From assembly GCA_002011125.2 (NCBI GenBank), contig MTMF02000009.1, forward strand, positions 1,032,989 through 1,096,988: 64,000 nucleotides of DNA, written 5' to 3'. This stretch comes from Candidatus Hydrothermarchaeum profundi (GTDB lineage: Archaea > Hydrothermarchaeota > Hydrothermarchaeia > Hydrothermarchaeales > Hydrothermarchaeaceae). Shown piece by piece: positions 1 through 10,300 of this stretch (within the stretch, counting starts at the first letter, position 1; the number at the start of each line of letters is the position of its first letter). A program made the translations under genes and the position numbers. The notes below the pieces were generated by a model, which was given only the letters and a program-made list of their open reading frames with translations, was not told the origin of the DNA and made no database searches.

Positions 1-108
1 TAAATTCCTAAATCTGTGTGATTATTGCTTTTTCCCTAAAAAATATAAGGAATTTAATTGGATTTTCTATCAATTCTTAGGTATTAGATCTTTTTTAAGA
101 TAAAAAGG

Positions 109-459
109 TTAGGATAAAAGAAGTTTTAGTGCTAGAATAAATAGTATTGCAACAAATAGTATTTTAAAAGCTTCGTCCGGGATCTTTTCTACTAATCTTG
201 CCCCAATCTGTGCACCAATTATTCCTCCAACCCCTAATAGTACTCCTACCTTAAAATCGACGTGTAAGAGGCTTTTGTGAGCTAATAATGCTGAAAGCGA
301 TATCAGCAAAATTACAACGAAGGAGGTTCCCACAGCTTTACTCGGAGAGTATCCTAAAATAATAAGAAAGGGTACTACTAAGAATCCTCCTCCCAAGCCT
401 GTGAACGCTGCTCCAACTCCAACAAGCATCCCTAAAACTATTAAAGCAAGTGGGTTCAT
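109..459 (-). CDS. half-size TauE/SafE (TSUP) family membrane transporter
   Basis: Hydrophobic ORF with GLGGGFLVVP, AVGTS and GAQIGA motifs. ATG at 459 (MNPLALIV) is preferred over the track start at 507, which abuts tldD. Confidence 0.8.
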   Translation of the reverse strand: MNPLALIVLGMLVGVGAAFTGLGGGFLVVPFLIILGYSPSKAVGTSFVVILLISLSALLAHKSLLHVDFKVGVLLGVGGIIGAQIGARLVEKIPDEAFKILFVAILFILALKLLLS

Positions 460-510
460 ACATATAAAATCTATTAGCGATATTTGAGTTTTTTGGCGGC
501 GTGACATTAG

Positions 511-1860
511 ATGGACATAGATAAACTAAAAAAGATACTGGAAATCCCTGCTAAATTTGTAGATATCACTATCCAAGAGTCTCAGGAAAATCAGATAATA
601 CTAAGAGACGGTATAGCTAAGGACTTGACTTCCGGAGATGCTTTTGGTATTGGTATAAGAGTATTAGATAACGGATGGGGATTTGCATCTACTAATTCTC
701 CAGAAAATATAGACGAAATAACAGAGAAAGCAAGAAAAATGGCAGCAATCGGGGAGAAAATAAAGTATGATGAGAGAGATCCAATAACAGACAACGTAAG
801 AGTCAAATCTAAAGTTGACCCAGTTAATGTAGATTTAGAGGAAAAAAGAGAGATTCTTCACAGATGTGAGGAAGCAGTAAGGGAATATAAAGAGGTAGTA
901 AGTTCGACCCTTGCATATATCGATTCAAAAAGCATTTTTCACTATTTAAACTCTGAGGGAAGTGATATTAGATCAGAATATACTAGAGTAGGTATTTTTA
1001 CAACTGTTTATGCCAAAAAAAATGGAAAAATCCAAGTGGGCTCTGAGAGATTAGGTGCCACAGGTGGGTTAGAATACCTTAAAGGAGCTGAAGAAAAATC
1101 CAAAAAGGCGGCAGAGAAAGCCTTGCGTTTACTAGATGCTGAGGAAGCACCCAGTGGTGTTTTCAGGGTAGTTTTAGATCCGCTGCTGACAGGGGTCTTC
1201 ATACATGAAGCTTTAGGACATGCGATGGAAGCGGATCACGTTATAAATGGCGAGTCAATACTGGAAGGAAAACTCGGGAGCATTATAGCCAGCAGCCTCG
1301 TTACGGTCTATGATGACCCTACTATTGAAGGATCCTTTGGTTTTTATTTTTATGATTCTGAGGGAGTTAGAGGTGAAAGAAAAGCGGTATTAGAGAAAGG
1401 AATTTTTAAAAGGCTTTTGCAATCCCGAGAAACCGCAAGTAAGTTGGGAGATACACCTACGGGTAATGCTAGATCTCAAAATTATAGTCATTTCCCTATA
1501 CCAAGGATGAGCAACACTTACGTGGAGAAAGGCGATATGAGTTTTGAGGAAATGATAGAGGATATCAAATATGGAGTTTACCTTCGAGGCTCAAAAGGGG
1601 GGGAGGTAGACACGGTAAGAGGTGTATTCCAGTTTAGTGCTGAAGAGGGTTTCATAATCCGAAATGGAAAACTCGCTGAGCCTATACGAGATGTTGCTTT
1701 ATCTGGAGAAACTCTGAAAATTCTTAAGAATATAGACGCTGTAGGCAATGATGAGTTAGAGTTGCATATAGGGTTCTGCGGTAAAGCATCCCAATCGGTA
1801 CCAGTAGGTGATGGAGGTCCTCATATTAGGACAACTGCTACTGTTGGAGGGACAAAATGA
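511..1860 (+). CDS. tldD: TldD metalloprotease subunit
   Basis: HEALGH zinc motif, PRMSNT and C-terminal GFCGK...VPVGDGGPH. Confidence 0.92.
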   Translation: MDIDKLKKILEIPAKFVDITIQESQENQIILRDGIAKDLTSGDAFGIGIRVLDNGWGFASTNSPENIDEITEKARKMAAIGEKIKYDERDPITDNVRVKSKVDPVNVDLEEKREILHRCEEAVREYKEVVSSTLAYIDSKSIFHYLNSEGSDIRSEYTRVGIFTTVYAKKNGKIQVGSERLGATGGLEYLKGAEEKSKKAAEKALRLLDAEEAPSGVFRVVLDPLLTGVFIHEALGHAMEADHVINGESILEGKLGSIIASSLVTVYDDPTIEGSFGFYFYDSEGVRGERKAVLEKGIFKRLLQSRETASKLGDTPTGNARSQNYSHFPIPRMSNTYVEKGDMSFEEMIEDIKYGVYLRGSKGGEVDTVRGVFQFSAEEGFIIRNGKLAEPIRDVALSGETLKILKNIDAVGNDELELHIGFCGKASQSVPVGDGGPHIRTTATVGGTK

Positions 1861-3116
1861 TTGAAGTTGATAATGCGTTAAACATTCTATCAAAGATCGC
1901 AGATGGAGGAGAGATTTATTTTACTGATACTAAAAGCAAAAAAATTGAGATAAAAAAAGGTAAGATAGAGACCTTAAAAGAGACCTATTCTTCAGGATAT
2001 AGCATAAGAGTAATAAAGAACAATAGAATGGGCTTCACTTTTTCGAATGAGCTAAAAGAAGGCATTATAGAAAAAGCTTTAAACGTAGCTAAAATTGCCG
2101 AGGAAGACAAATATCTCTCATTCCCGGAAAAGCAAGTATACCCAAATGTAAAAGGGCTATACGATAAAAGTATAAGGGATATTGATATAATCGAACTCAA
2201 AGATTTCGTAGAGCAGCTCATTGATCCATGCAAAAAAAATAAAGTTATGCCTACTAGTGGGAGCATCGCTTTTTATACCTCGGAAACTAGGATATGGAAT
2301 ACTAATGGAGTTAAGGGAGAAGAAAAGGGAACAGTTGTTACCTGCTTCCTTAGTACTGTGGCTAAAAATAAAGAATCGGCAAGTGGCTTTTATTACGATG
2401 CCTCTAGGTCTTTGGACTTAGATTTCCATAAAATAGGTGAAGAGGCAACACGTCTAGCAATTGATTCCCTACATGCGAAGAGGATGGGTACAAAAGATGT
2501 CAACTTAATCCTTAAACCTCAGGCGGTTAGTGAACTTTTAGAAAATGTTTTTATACCTTCATTTAGCGCTGATAATGTTCAAAGGAATCGGTCCTTTTTA
2601 CAAGGAAAGTTGGGTCATAGATTATTTTCACCTATAAATATAGTCGACGATGGTACACTCAAGTCTGGGCTAATGAGCGGCAAATTTGACTCTGAGGGTG
2701 TTAGAATGCAGAAGACACCTCTCGTAGAGAAGGGGATATTAAAAGGATACTTATATGATACATATACCGCAAATAAGGGTAATACACATAGTACTGGGAA
2801 TGCGGATAGGAACTCCTATTCTACTCCGGTTAAAATAGATTCCACAAATTTTATAATATCCGGTGAGGGAGGAATAGGAGAGGGCTTAGTAGTCCATGGG
2901 TTAATCGGTGCCCACACAGCTAACTCGGTTACAGGCGATTTCTCTACGGAAACTAGGAATGCTTTTCTAAATGGAGTGCCAATAAAAAAAGCTATAATCT
3001 CAGGAAATATCTTTGACCTTTTAAACAGGGTGGAGGGGGTAGGTAAGGATTACATGCAAGTGTCTTCTCTCGTTTCACCTTCCATTGAGTTCTCTAAAGT
3101 TAGAGTCGTAGGCTGA
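1857..3116 (+). CDS. pmbA: PmbA/TldE subunit
   Basis: FDSEG, STGNA and NSVTGDFS motifs, no HExxxH; ATGA overlap with tldD. Confidence 0.9.
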   Translation: MIEVDNALNILSKIADGGEIYFTDTKSKKIEIKKGKIETLKETYSSGYSIRVIKNNRMGFTFSNELKEGIIEKALNVAKIAEEDKYLSFPEKQVYPNVKGLYDKSIRDIDIIELKDFVEQLIDPCKKNKVMPTSGSIAFYTSETRIWNTNGVKGEEKGTVVTCFLSTVAKNKESASGFYYDASRSLDLDFHKIGEEATRLAIDSLHAKRMGTKDVNLILKPQAVSELLENVFIPSFSADNVQRNRSFLQGKLGHRLFSPINIVDDGTLKSGLMSGKFDSEGVRMQKTPLVEKGILKGYLYDTYTANKGNTHSTGNADRNSYSTPVKIDSTNFIISGEGGIGEGLVVHGLIGAHTANSVTGDFSTETRNAFLNGVPIKKAIISGNIFDLLNRVEGVGKDYMQVSSLVSPSIEFSKVRVVG

Positions 3117-3146
3117 TTTTAAACGTTATCACTATATGAGAATTAT

Positions 3147-4232
3147 ATGCACTGGCTTATCCGCCCGGACTCGGTTCATGCATTAGAAGATGAAGGAGTA
3201 AAAAAAGCTCTAGGAAGGTATGTCGAGGTATCTAAAAATAAAAAACTAGCAAAGTTTATAATCACAAAAACCATACCGATTGATGTGGATCTTAGTTCTT
3301 CAGATGAAGAACTGTGGAAGGCGCATGAAACGATCATTAAAGATTTTAAAAAACTTGAAAAGGAACATGACAATAAAGACATTAAACAACTTAAATTCCC
3401 AACTAAATCTCTATTAGATCTTAAGATTGAACTTGCAAAAAGAATTCTCAATAAATGTAGGTTTTGCGAGAGGAAATGTGGGGTAAACAGATTTGAAAAG
3501 AAGAGGGGATTCTGCAATTTAGATATTCAGAGCCGTTTATCTTCAGAGTTCCTTCACATGGGTGAAGAAGCATGTTTAGTGCCTTCTCATACCTTGTTTT
3601 TTATCGGATGTTCTTTTTATTGTGTTTTCTGCCAGAATTGGACTATCTCCCGGCATGTTGAAAAGGGATTGCCTGTTACCGGTTCTGACTTAGCAAAGAT
3701 GGTGAAGAAAAGACGCTTAATGGAGGGAAGTAGGAACGTTAACTTAGTCGGGGGATCACCTACCCCTAATACTCATATTATCTTAGAGATGTTAAGGGAA
3801 CTCGATGTGAACATCCCAGTGGTATGGAATTCTAATATGTATATGACTATGGACACCATGAAATTACTAAATGGGTGCGTGGACGTATACTTAGCTGATT
3901 TTAAGTATGGAAATAATAATTGTGCTGAGCGACTCTCTAAAATAAAAAATTATTGGGAAGTTACTACTAGAAACCACTTAGTAGCAAAAAAACAAGCAGA
4001 ATTACTTATCCGTCATTTAGTACTTCCAAATCATATTGAATGCTGTACGAAACCTATTATTGAATGGATAGCCAAAAATTTTGATAATAAAGTTAGAGTT
4101 AATATTATGGCTCAGTATAGACCCGAGTTTGAGGCTTTTAAGATACCGGATATAAATAGAAGAGTTATGGCGGAGGAAATGGAGAGAGCTTTTAATATAG
4201 CCCGAGATAATGGCTTAACAAATCTAGATTAA
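3147..4232 (+). CDS. radical SAM protein, PflX-like (PFL-activating-enzyme related)
   Basis: CRFCERKCGVNR auxiliary motif, CSFYCVFCQN radical SAM motif, DFKYGNNNCA, IRHLVLPNH, MAQYRP. Confidence 0.85.
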   Translation: MHWLIRPDSVHALEDEGVKKALGRYVEVSKNKKLAKFIITKTIPIDVDLSSSDEELWKAHETIIKDFKKLEKEHDNKDIKQLKFPTKSLLDLKIELAKRILNKCRFCERKCGVNRFEKKRGFCNLDIQSRLSSEFLHMGEEACLVPSHTLFFIGCSFYCVFCQNWTISRHVEKGLPVTGSDLAKMVKKRRLMEGSRNVNLVGGSPTPNTHIILEMLRELDVNIPVVWNSNMYMTMDTMKLLNGCVDVYLADFKYGNNNCAERLSKIKNYWEVTTRNHLVAKKQAELLIRHLVLPNHIECCTKPIIEWIAKNFDNKVRVNIMAQYRPEFEAFKIPDINRRVMAEEMERAFNIARDNGLTNLD

Positions 4233-4308
4233 AATTTAAATCAGAATAAGCTTTTCAGACTTTTCCCAAACCAAAAAAATAATATTTAAAAGGGAACTTG
4301 ATGGTATC

Positions 4309-5928
4309 ATGGTAAAAGAAACTCTGTTTTGGGCTGACCAGAAGGCAGAGGAAATCATAAACAGAAAGAAGTTTCACTTTATAGACAAACAAATACCAGA
4401 ATTTAAAAAATATACTGTTAAAACATCTGCGTCAATATCAGGGGTCCTACATATAGGTAGATTAAGCGATACAATAAGGGGGGATTCTGTTGTAGTGGCT
4501 TTAAGAGATATAGGATTGCCTGCTGAGCTTATCTGGGTTGCTGAGGATATGGATCCTCTAAGAAAAATACCCAAAGAAGTTCCTAAGCATTTAGAAGATT
4601 ACATCGGAGTGCCGGTTATAGATGTCCCAGATCCATGGGGTTGCCATGCTTCCTATGCGGAACATCATATTGGCAAATACAGAGAAGTACTCCAAGAATT
4701 TTCATCTACCGAGATTATTAGCTATTCCATGAGCGAGGAGTATAAAAAAGGCAAATTTAGGCCTTATATTAGGAAGATGCTGGACAAGATTGATGAGGTT
4801 TTGGTTATTCAAAATAAGTATAGACAAAAACCTCTTCAAAGCGGTTGGAGTCCCTTTACTCCAGTTTGTAAGAACTGTGGAAAAATAATAACACCGAAAA
4901 TACTAGGGTTTAGGGAGGGAAAAATACTATATAGATGTGAGGATTACTCTTTCGAGAAAAAAATTGCTCGGGGATGCAATTATGAGGGCGTTTGCGACCC
5001 CTTAAAGGATAGGGGGAAGCTTATGTGGAAAGGGGAATGGGCAGCTCAATGGGCTAGATGGAAAATTGCGGCTGAAGGAGCAGGAAAAGAATATGTAGTA
5101 CCACAAAGTGCATGGTGGGTAAATGGCGAGCTTGTAGAAAAGATTTTAGATTTTCCTATGCCGGTACCCATTTTTTATGAGCATATAATGATAGATGGTC
5201 AGAAAATGAGTGCATCGTTAGGAAATGTTATATATCCCCATGAATGGCTTGAAGTTGCTCCGCCTGAATTACTGAGATTTTTTTATAACAAAAAATTGAT
5301 GAAGACTAGAAGTTTTTCATGGGACTATCTACCTAGGCTTTACGACGAATATGATTTTCATGCTAGGGCTTATTTCGGTTTGGAGAAAATAGGGAGTGAG
5401 AAAGAATCCAAGAACATTAGAAGACTTTATGAATTTTCCCAGTTAAGAGAAATTAAAAAGCCTGTGCCTCTACCTTTTTCGCATGCTGTCATAGTTTCAC
5501 AGATTTTTAAGAGCGAAGATGCGTTAATTGCTAGTCTAAAGCGTTCTGGTCATTATTCTGCGGAAGTTCATGATTTAATAATTGAGCGATTAAAGATGGC
5601 TAAAAAATGGGCTGAGAAATATGCTCCCGAGGAGATGAAAATCACGCTAGATTTCGACTCTACTGAAATTAGATCAAAACTCTCCGAAAAGCAAAAAAAT
5701 TTGATGAAAGAACTTTTAGAATGGCTAAAAGAGGGGGATAGGAGACGAGAAGAAATCCATCAACGGATTTATGAAATTGGTAAAAAAGTAGATCTTACTC
5801 CCGCAGAGTCTTTTCAAGCCGTTTATCTTTCCCTTCTAGGTAAAAATCGGGGGCCGCGGGCGGGTACACTAATAGCATCTCTAGACAGGGAGTGGGTGCT
5901 AAAAAAGATATCCGCAGTAGTCGAATAG
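4309..5928 (+). CDS. lysS: class I lysyl-tRNA synthetase
   Basis: N-terminal FWAD, SGVLHIG (HIGH), KMSAS (KMSKS), Cys motifs and GPRAG anticodon-binding domain. Confidence 0.95.
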   Translation: MVKETLFWADQKAEEIINRKKFHFIDKQIPEFKKYTVKTSASISGVLHIGRLSDTIRGDSVVVALRDIGLPAELIWVAEDMDPLRKIPKEVPKHLEDYIGVPVIDVPDPWGCHASYAEHHIGKYREVLQEFSSTEIISYSMSEEYKKGKFRPYIRKMLDKIDEVLVIQNKYRQKPLQSGWSPFTPVCKNCGKIITPKILGFREGKILYRCEDYSFEKKIARGCNYEGVCDPLKDRGKLMWKGEWAAQWARWKIAAEGAGKEYVVPQSAWWVNGELVEKILDFPMPVPIFYEHIMIDGQKMSASLGNVIYPHEWLEVAPPELLRFFYNKKLMKTRSFSWDYLPRLYDEYDFHARAYFGLEKIGSEKESKNIRRLYEFSQLREIKKPVPLPFSHAVIVSQIFKSEDALIASLKRSGHYSAEVHDLIIERLKMAKKWAEKYAPEEMKITLDFDSTEIRSKLSEKQKNLMKELLEWLKEGDRRREEIHQRIYEIGKKVDLTPAESFQAVYLSLLGKNRGPRAGTLIASLDREWVLKKISAVVE

Positions 5929-5929
5929 C

Positions 5930-6118
5930 TTACCTTTTCCACTCCATATAAACGGGGCACAGGATACACTCACTAGGAGGATTATTTTTGTCCTCTATTA
6001 CAGGAGGGCATTCTGGATAGCTCCCAGGGCAGTTGGGGTATTTCCCCTTGATTTTTTGCCATGCTAATTCGGCCTCACTCTTACGTTTTGGGGGCTTTTT
6101 TCTCTGTTTTCTAGTCAT
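5930..6118 (-). CDS. small basic protein with four Cys (CPGSYPEC...CILC)
   Basis: ORF between lysS and the GDT1 gene. TATA-like sequence at 6141-6150 favours the ATG at 6118 over 6142. Confidence 0.65.
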   Translation of the reverse strand: MTRKQRKKPPKRKSEAELAWQKIKGKYPNCPGSYPECPPVIEDKNNPPSECILCPVYMEWKR

Positions 6119-6216
6119 TACATAAAAAAATGAAGAGGGCATATATAATAGTTTAGGTTTTTTGACACCTTTCTAAAAGCCTTTCATTTTGATGTTAAAA
6201 AATTTCTCAAGAAGAT

Positions 6217-6786
6217 GTGGATTTAACGTTATTTACATCTACATATATCCTGATTGCATTAGCTGAAATTGGCGATAAAACGCAATTATTGGGTATCGCA
6301 CTTGCATCTAGATATAGGGCTAAAACTGTACTATTAGGAATGGCTGTATCTACCTCTTTTCTTATGCTCTTGGCGGTCGCTGTCGGCCAACTTTTATATC
6401 GCTTTTTACCGATGAATTTTGTTTATCTATCCAGTGGAATATTCTTTATCTTTTTCGGGTTATTGATATTAAAAAGCGGTGGAGAAGAGAAAGTTAAAGG
6501 ACTAAGTATACGTTTATCCCCCGTGATAGCAGTTTTTCTAACTTTTTTATTAGCAGAACTCGGCGATAAGACGCAGCTTGCTGTAATACCATTGGCAGCC
6601 ACATCTTCGTCTGTATTCTCAATATGGTCTGGTGCGACGTTAGGCATGGTAACTGTTAATGGGGCAGGTATTTTTGTAGGTAATAAAATAAAGGAAATAA
6701 TTTCAGAAAGTTATGTAAAGAAAATTGCCGCTGCCTTATTCTTTATTTTCGGGGTGCTCTTTATTTATAAGTCACTTTTTTCCTAG
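6217..6786 (+). CDS. TMEM165/GDT1 (UPF0016) family Ca2+/Mn2+ transporter
   Basis: Two copies of the signature AE(I/L)GDKTQL. Confidence 0.93.
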   Translation: MDLTLFTSTYILIALAEIGDKTQLLGIALASRYRAKTVLLGMAVSTSFLMLLAVAVGQLLYRFLPMNFVYLSSGIFFIFFGLLILKSGGEEKVKGLSIRLSPVIAVFLTFLLAELGDKTQLAVIPLAATSSSVFSIWSGATLGMVTVNGAGIFVGNKIKEIISESYVKKIAAALFFIFGVLFIYKSLFS

Positions 6787-6796
6787 CAAAATAATC

Positions 6797-7111
6797 TTAT
6801 TCGAATAATTCTTCTTTTATCCAATCCATATACTCCTTTTTTCCTCGGAGTATAGGTACAGCTATAACTTCAGGATTCTCGTATGAGTGTAGTTCACCAA
6901 CTCGTTTGAATATATCTTCTAATTTTCTTTCTGTTGTCTTCAATATTAGCATCGCTTCTGCGCTTTCCTCTATTTCCCCTTTCCACCAATAGTGGGACTT
7001 CACACTTTCAATAACATTTGCACATGCGGCTAGTCTCTCTTTAACTAATGTTTTTCCAATGTGCTCTGCTTCAGAGGAGTCTGATGCTGTTATAAAGACT
7101 AGAATAACCAT
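6797..7111 (-). CDS. cutA: divalent-cation tolerance protein CutA
   Basis: RLAACAN, SHYWWKG and HSYENPE motifs. Confidence 0.93.
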   Translation of the reverse strand: MVILVFITASDSSEAEHIGKTLVKERLAACANVIESVKSHYWWKGEIEESAEAMLILKTTERKLEDIFKRVGELHSYENPEVIAVPILRGKKEYMDWIKEELFE

Positions 7112-7152
7112 ATGCTTTTAATTGATTATGATGTTATAAAAAATATTCTAAG

Positions 7153-8286
7153 ATGGTTGTAATGTCAAAATTGTATATACTAGCAGGTCTTATACTAATC
7201 TCGTGGGTCATTATAATACGACTGGAGAAAATGGGAAAGTTAAACGCAGAGAGACATTTCATTTTCCTTCTTTTAAGAACTGAACGTGGTAAGGAGTTTA
7301 TAGAACGTGTCTCTAGGTTTGGGTTCTGGCCTTTTATCTCCACATTAGGCGTAGTTATTTCCCTCCTAGGCATGGCGTTCGTAATATTCTCTCTCGGATA
7401 CGCTATTTATTCAACTTACTTTTTGAAAACAAAAATTGAGGGAGCAACTCTAGTGATACCAGGAGTAACCATACCCTTTTGGTATGGTATAATAGGATTA
7501 ATAACGGTATTAGTTGTTCATGAAGTTAGCCATGGAATTATTGCTAGGAGCGAGAATATCTCAATTAAAAATTTGGGGGCAGTTTTATTTGCAATTATAC
7601 CAATAGGGGCTTTCGTTGAACCTGATGAAGAGGAACTTAATAGAAAGCCAAGAATCTCAAAGCTGAGAGTCTACTCTGCTGGCTCCTTTGGGAATATAGT
7701 TCTAGCTATTATAGCTTTCTTTACGTTCGTAGCTTTCTCTAGTCAGGTATTCGACCCCAGTACTATACAAATAATAGATGTAGCTAAAGGGTCGCCAGCA
7801 GATGGAGTATTAGAAGAGGGAATGGTTATATTGAGAATAAATGGAGAAGAAATTTCCTCTACGAATGACTTTATGACGGTTGCTAGAGAAATTGAGCCTG
7901 GAGAAACCATTTCTATTGAGACTGATAAAGGAAACTTTTTGGTGAATGCAGGAAAACGAAAAGACCATCCCAGTAGAGGGTTTATAGGAATCAGGGTACA
8001 TAGCGCTGTAAAAGAAGGATTATCAAAGATAGTTGATATTGGCGTACTTTTATTTATTTCCGGGTCTCTCCAATGGATATTTTTCCTTAATCAAGGTATT
8101 GGACTTATTAATTTAGCACCGATTCACTTTGGCGTAGCAGCTACTGATGGCCATCATATCCTAAAAGAAATTATCTCGCACTTTGTAGGGGAAGCAAGGG
8201 CAGAAAAAGTTGCTATTTTTATATCAACCACTACTCTTCTTATACTTCTCTTTACAATAATAGGTCCTACTCCAACGGCAGCTTAA
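7153..8286 (+). CDS. site-2 protease (M50) with PDZ domain
   Basis: HEVSHG, GAFVEP, AGSFGN, PDZ segment (GSPADG) and NLAP...DGHH. Confidence 0.92.
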   Translation: MVVMSKLYILAGLILISWVIIIRLEKMGKLNAERHFIFLLLRTERGKEFIERVSRFGFWPFISTLGVVISLLGMAFVIFSLGYAIYSTYFLKTKIEGATLVIPGVTIPFWYGIIGLITVLVVHEVSHGIIARSENISIKNLGAVLFAIIPIGAFVEPDEEELNRKPRISKLRVYSAGSFGNIVLAIIAFFTFVAFSSQVFDPSTIQIIDVAKGSPADGVLEEGMVILRINGEEISSTNDFMTVAREIEPGETISIETDKGNFLVNAGKRKDHPSRGFIGIRVHSAVKEGLSKIVDIGVLLFISGSLQWIFFLNQGIGLINLAPIHFGVAATDGHHILKEIISHFVGEARAEKVAIFISTTTLLILLFTIIGPTPTAA

Positions 8287-8297
8287 GGTGGAGGAGT

Positions 8298-8867
8298 ATG
8301 GACCGAGAAATAAAGAGGCAATTAATACATGCATCTGGGGCTCTCCTGAGCGTATTTATAATAAGAGTCGATTGGTACTTTTCTGCTATTTTTTTAGGAT
8401 TTCTTCTGATATTCTCATATGCGATTGCTTTAGGATATACGAAGGGTATACGTGTACCCGTGCTTGCTCAACTTATTGATATGTCAGAAAGACCAGAAGT
8501 CATAAAAGTTAAGCCTGCTAAAGGGGCTCTTTGCTTCTTTCTTGGGATATTTCTCACAATTTTAATTTTTCAAAATAGAGAAATCGGAGCTAGTGCAGTG
8601 GTGATTTTAGCTATAGGAGATTCTTTTTCAACTCTAATAGGGAAGAAATTCGGTGCTCATAGGCTTCCCTATAATACTGAAAAGTCGGTGGAGGGAAGTT
8701 TGGCTTTTTTGATATCAGCTTATTTTGCTGCTTTACTAATTATGCCGCCTATTTTAGCTGCGGCTAGTGTGGCGGTCGGAGCACTTGCGGAGTCTATACC
8801 CTCAAGGGTCGATGATAACATTACGATACCTCTTTCTTCAGGGTTAGTGATGTATCTTGCGCAGTGA
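8298..8867 (+). CDS. dolichol/polyprenol (phytol) kinase family membrane protein
   Basis: RQLIH, GDSFSTLIGKKFG, KSVEGS and DDNITIP motifs. Confidence 0.87.
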   Translation: MDREIKRQLIHASGALLSVFIIRVDWYFSAIFLGFLLIFSYAIALGYTKGIRVPVLAQLIDMSERPEVIKVKPAKGALCFFLGIFLTILIFQNREIGASAVVILAIGDSFSTLIGKKFGAHRLPYNTEKSVEGSLAFLISAYFAALLIMPPILAAASVAVGALAESIPSRVDDNITIPLSSGLVMYLAQ

Positions 8868-9590
8868 GGAAGTGATTCTTTTTATGCATCCTTTGACATC
8901 GCTTGTTCTCTCAACTACAGTTCCGGTGACTACTATATCCGCTCCAGATTTAGCTACATTATAAGCATCTTCTTCGGTCTTTATACCGCCGCCTACGATG
9001 AGTGGTATATCTATCACTTTTTTCACTTCAGTGATCATTTTCTCTGGGACATGCTCATCAGCTCCAGATCCGGCCTCCAAATATACCAACTGCATACCAA
9101 AATACTGAGCTGCTAGAGCATATCCACAAGCACGCTCATGGTCACTTCTTGATATAAGGTCAGCGGCCCCTACTTTACCAACTGCACCTCCTGGCTCTAC
9201 TATTATGTAGCCCATTGGTATTGGTTCTATCCCTATTTTTCTTATTATGGGAGCACCCATTGCTTGGGCACCTGTAATGAAATAGGGGTTTCTAGAATTA
9301 AGCAAACTCATGAAAAAAATTGCATCCGCGTTAGGTGAAATGCCAGATATATCGCCTGGAAATAGTATTATTGGTAAGTCTGTTACCCCTTTTATTTCTC
9401 TAACTGTAGTATCTAAGTATTCCTCAGATATTCCCCTCGAACCACCTATCATAAATCCTTTAGTTCCCCCTTCGGCTGCTTCTTTAGCGATCTTTGAGGC
9501 TCTCTTAGACGTTTGCTTGTCGGGGTCTATCAATGTTAGATGTATAGGATTTCTTTTTATTTCTTTGCGAAGATATTCTAAAACTCTCAT
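8844..9590 (-). CDS. geranylgeranylglyceryl phosphate synthase (GGGPS/PcrB family)
   Basis: HLTLIDPDK, MIGGS, FMSLLNS, YLEAGSGA, VGGGIK. Confidence 0.95.
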   Translation of the reverse strand: MRVLEYLRKEIKRNPIHLTLIDPDKQTSKRASKIAKEAAEGGTKGFMIGGSRGISEEYLDTTVREIKGVTDLPIILFPGDISGISPNADAIFFMSLLNSRNPYFITGAQAMGAPIIRKIGIEPIPMGYIIVEPGGAVGKVGAADLISRSDHERACGYALAAQYFGMQLVYLEAGSGADEHVPEKMITEVKKVIDIPLIVGGGIKTEEDAYNVAKSGADIVVTGTVVERTSDVKGCIKRITSSLRKIHH

Positions 9591-9591
9591 T

Positions 9592-9738
9592 TTATGCTTT
9601 TATCTCTTTTCTCTTTGGTCTGAGTGCTTTAGAACCGCATTTTCTGCATTTTTCTGCTTTCCAAGGGTTTTTTGCTTTACATTTTCTACAGATCTTTATG
9701 TGAAATAATCTTTTCTCTGCTTCTTGGAATCTTGCCAT
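9592..9738 (-). CDS. rpl40e: 50S ribosomal protein L40e (absent from ORF track, 48 aa)
   Basis: Manual translation [48 protein letters not shown]; lies between tsr3 and GGGPS. Confidence 0.95.
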   Translation of the reverse strand: MARFQEAEKRLFHIKICRKCKAKNPWKAEKCRKCGSKALRPKRKEIKA

Positions 9739-10241
9739 AACTTAATCCACTCCTTTTCTTTTTTTATAACTTCCTCTTCATTTTTGGCTTGTGCGTAATC
9801 CTCTAACAATTCTCGGTTTAATTCTAAGAAAGATGGGCCCCATTTAAATTTTTGAAGAATGTTTTCCCCATATTCTGGGTATCCCAAGATATATAAAGCT
9901 GAGGCTAGAGATTCTACCGTTGAGAGTTTTTTTATTTTTCCATAGTTTATAGGGTTACCTGCGATTAGCAAGGGCAATACTCTGTCGTTATAGGGCTTTT
10001 TTAGTGTTCCAAAAACGTTGTAAGCTCTTTTCCATGAGCAATCTAATGCAACTAATCCGTGTTTCATATATCTCTTATCCTCTTTTGAGAGAACTTTATC
10101 TGCATAAGGATTGAGAATTATGGAATTCCTAGGTATTTTTGAGGGAGTGTAGAATACCTCTGCCAGTCTAAATTTTTTAAGCTTATTGGATGTACAAGCT
10201 TTCGGGTTGCATTGTTTAGCGTGATATATTAGTAATTTCAT
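9696..10241 (-). CDS. tsr3: SSU rRNA aminocarboxypropyltransferase Tsr3 (DUF367)
   Basis: [37 protein letters not shown]. Confidence 0.93.
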   Translation of the reverse strand: MKLLIYHAKQCNPKACTSNKLKKFRLAEVFYTPSKIPRNSIILNPYADKVLSKEDKRYMKHGLVALDCSWKRAYNVFGTLKKPYNDRVLPLLIAGNPINYGKIKKLSTVESLASALYILGYPEYGENILQKFKWGPSFLELNRELLEDYAQAKNEEEVIKKEKEWIKLWQDSKKQRKDYFT

Positions 10242-10300
10242 TCAGTCCCTCGGCTATTCGTTTTTTAGATAGAAAGGGAACCTAAACGCCTCTCCCCAGT

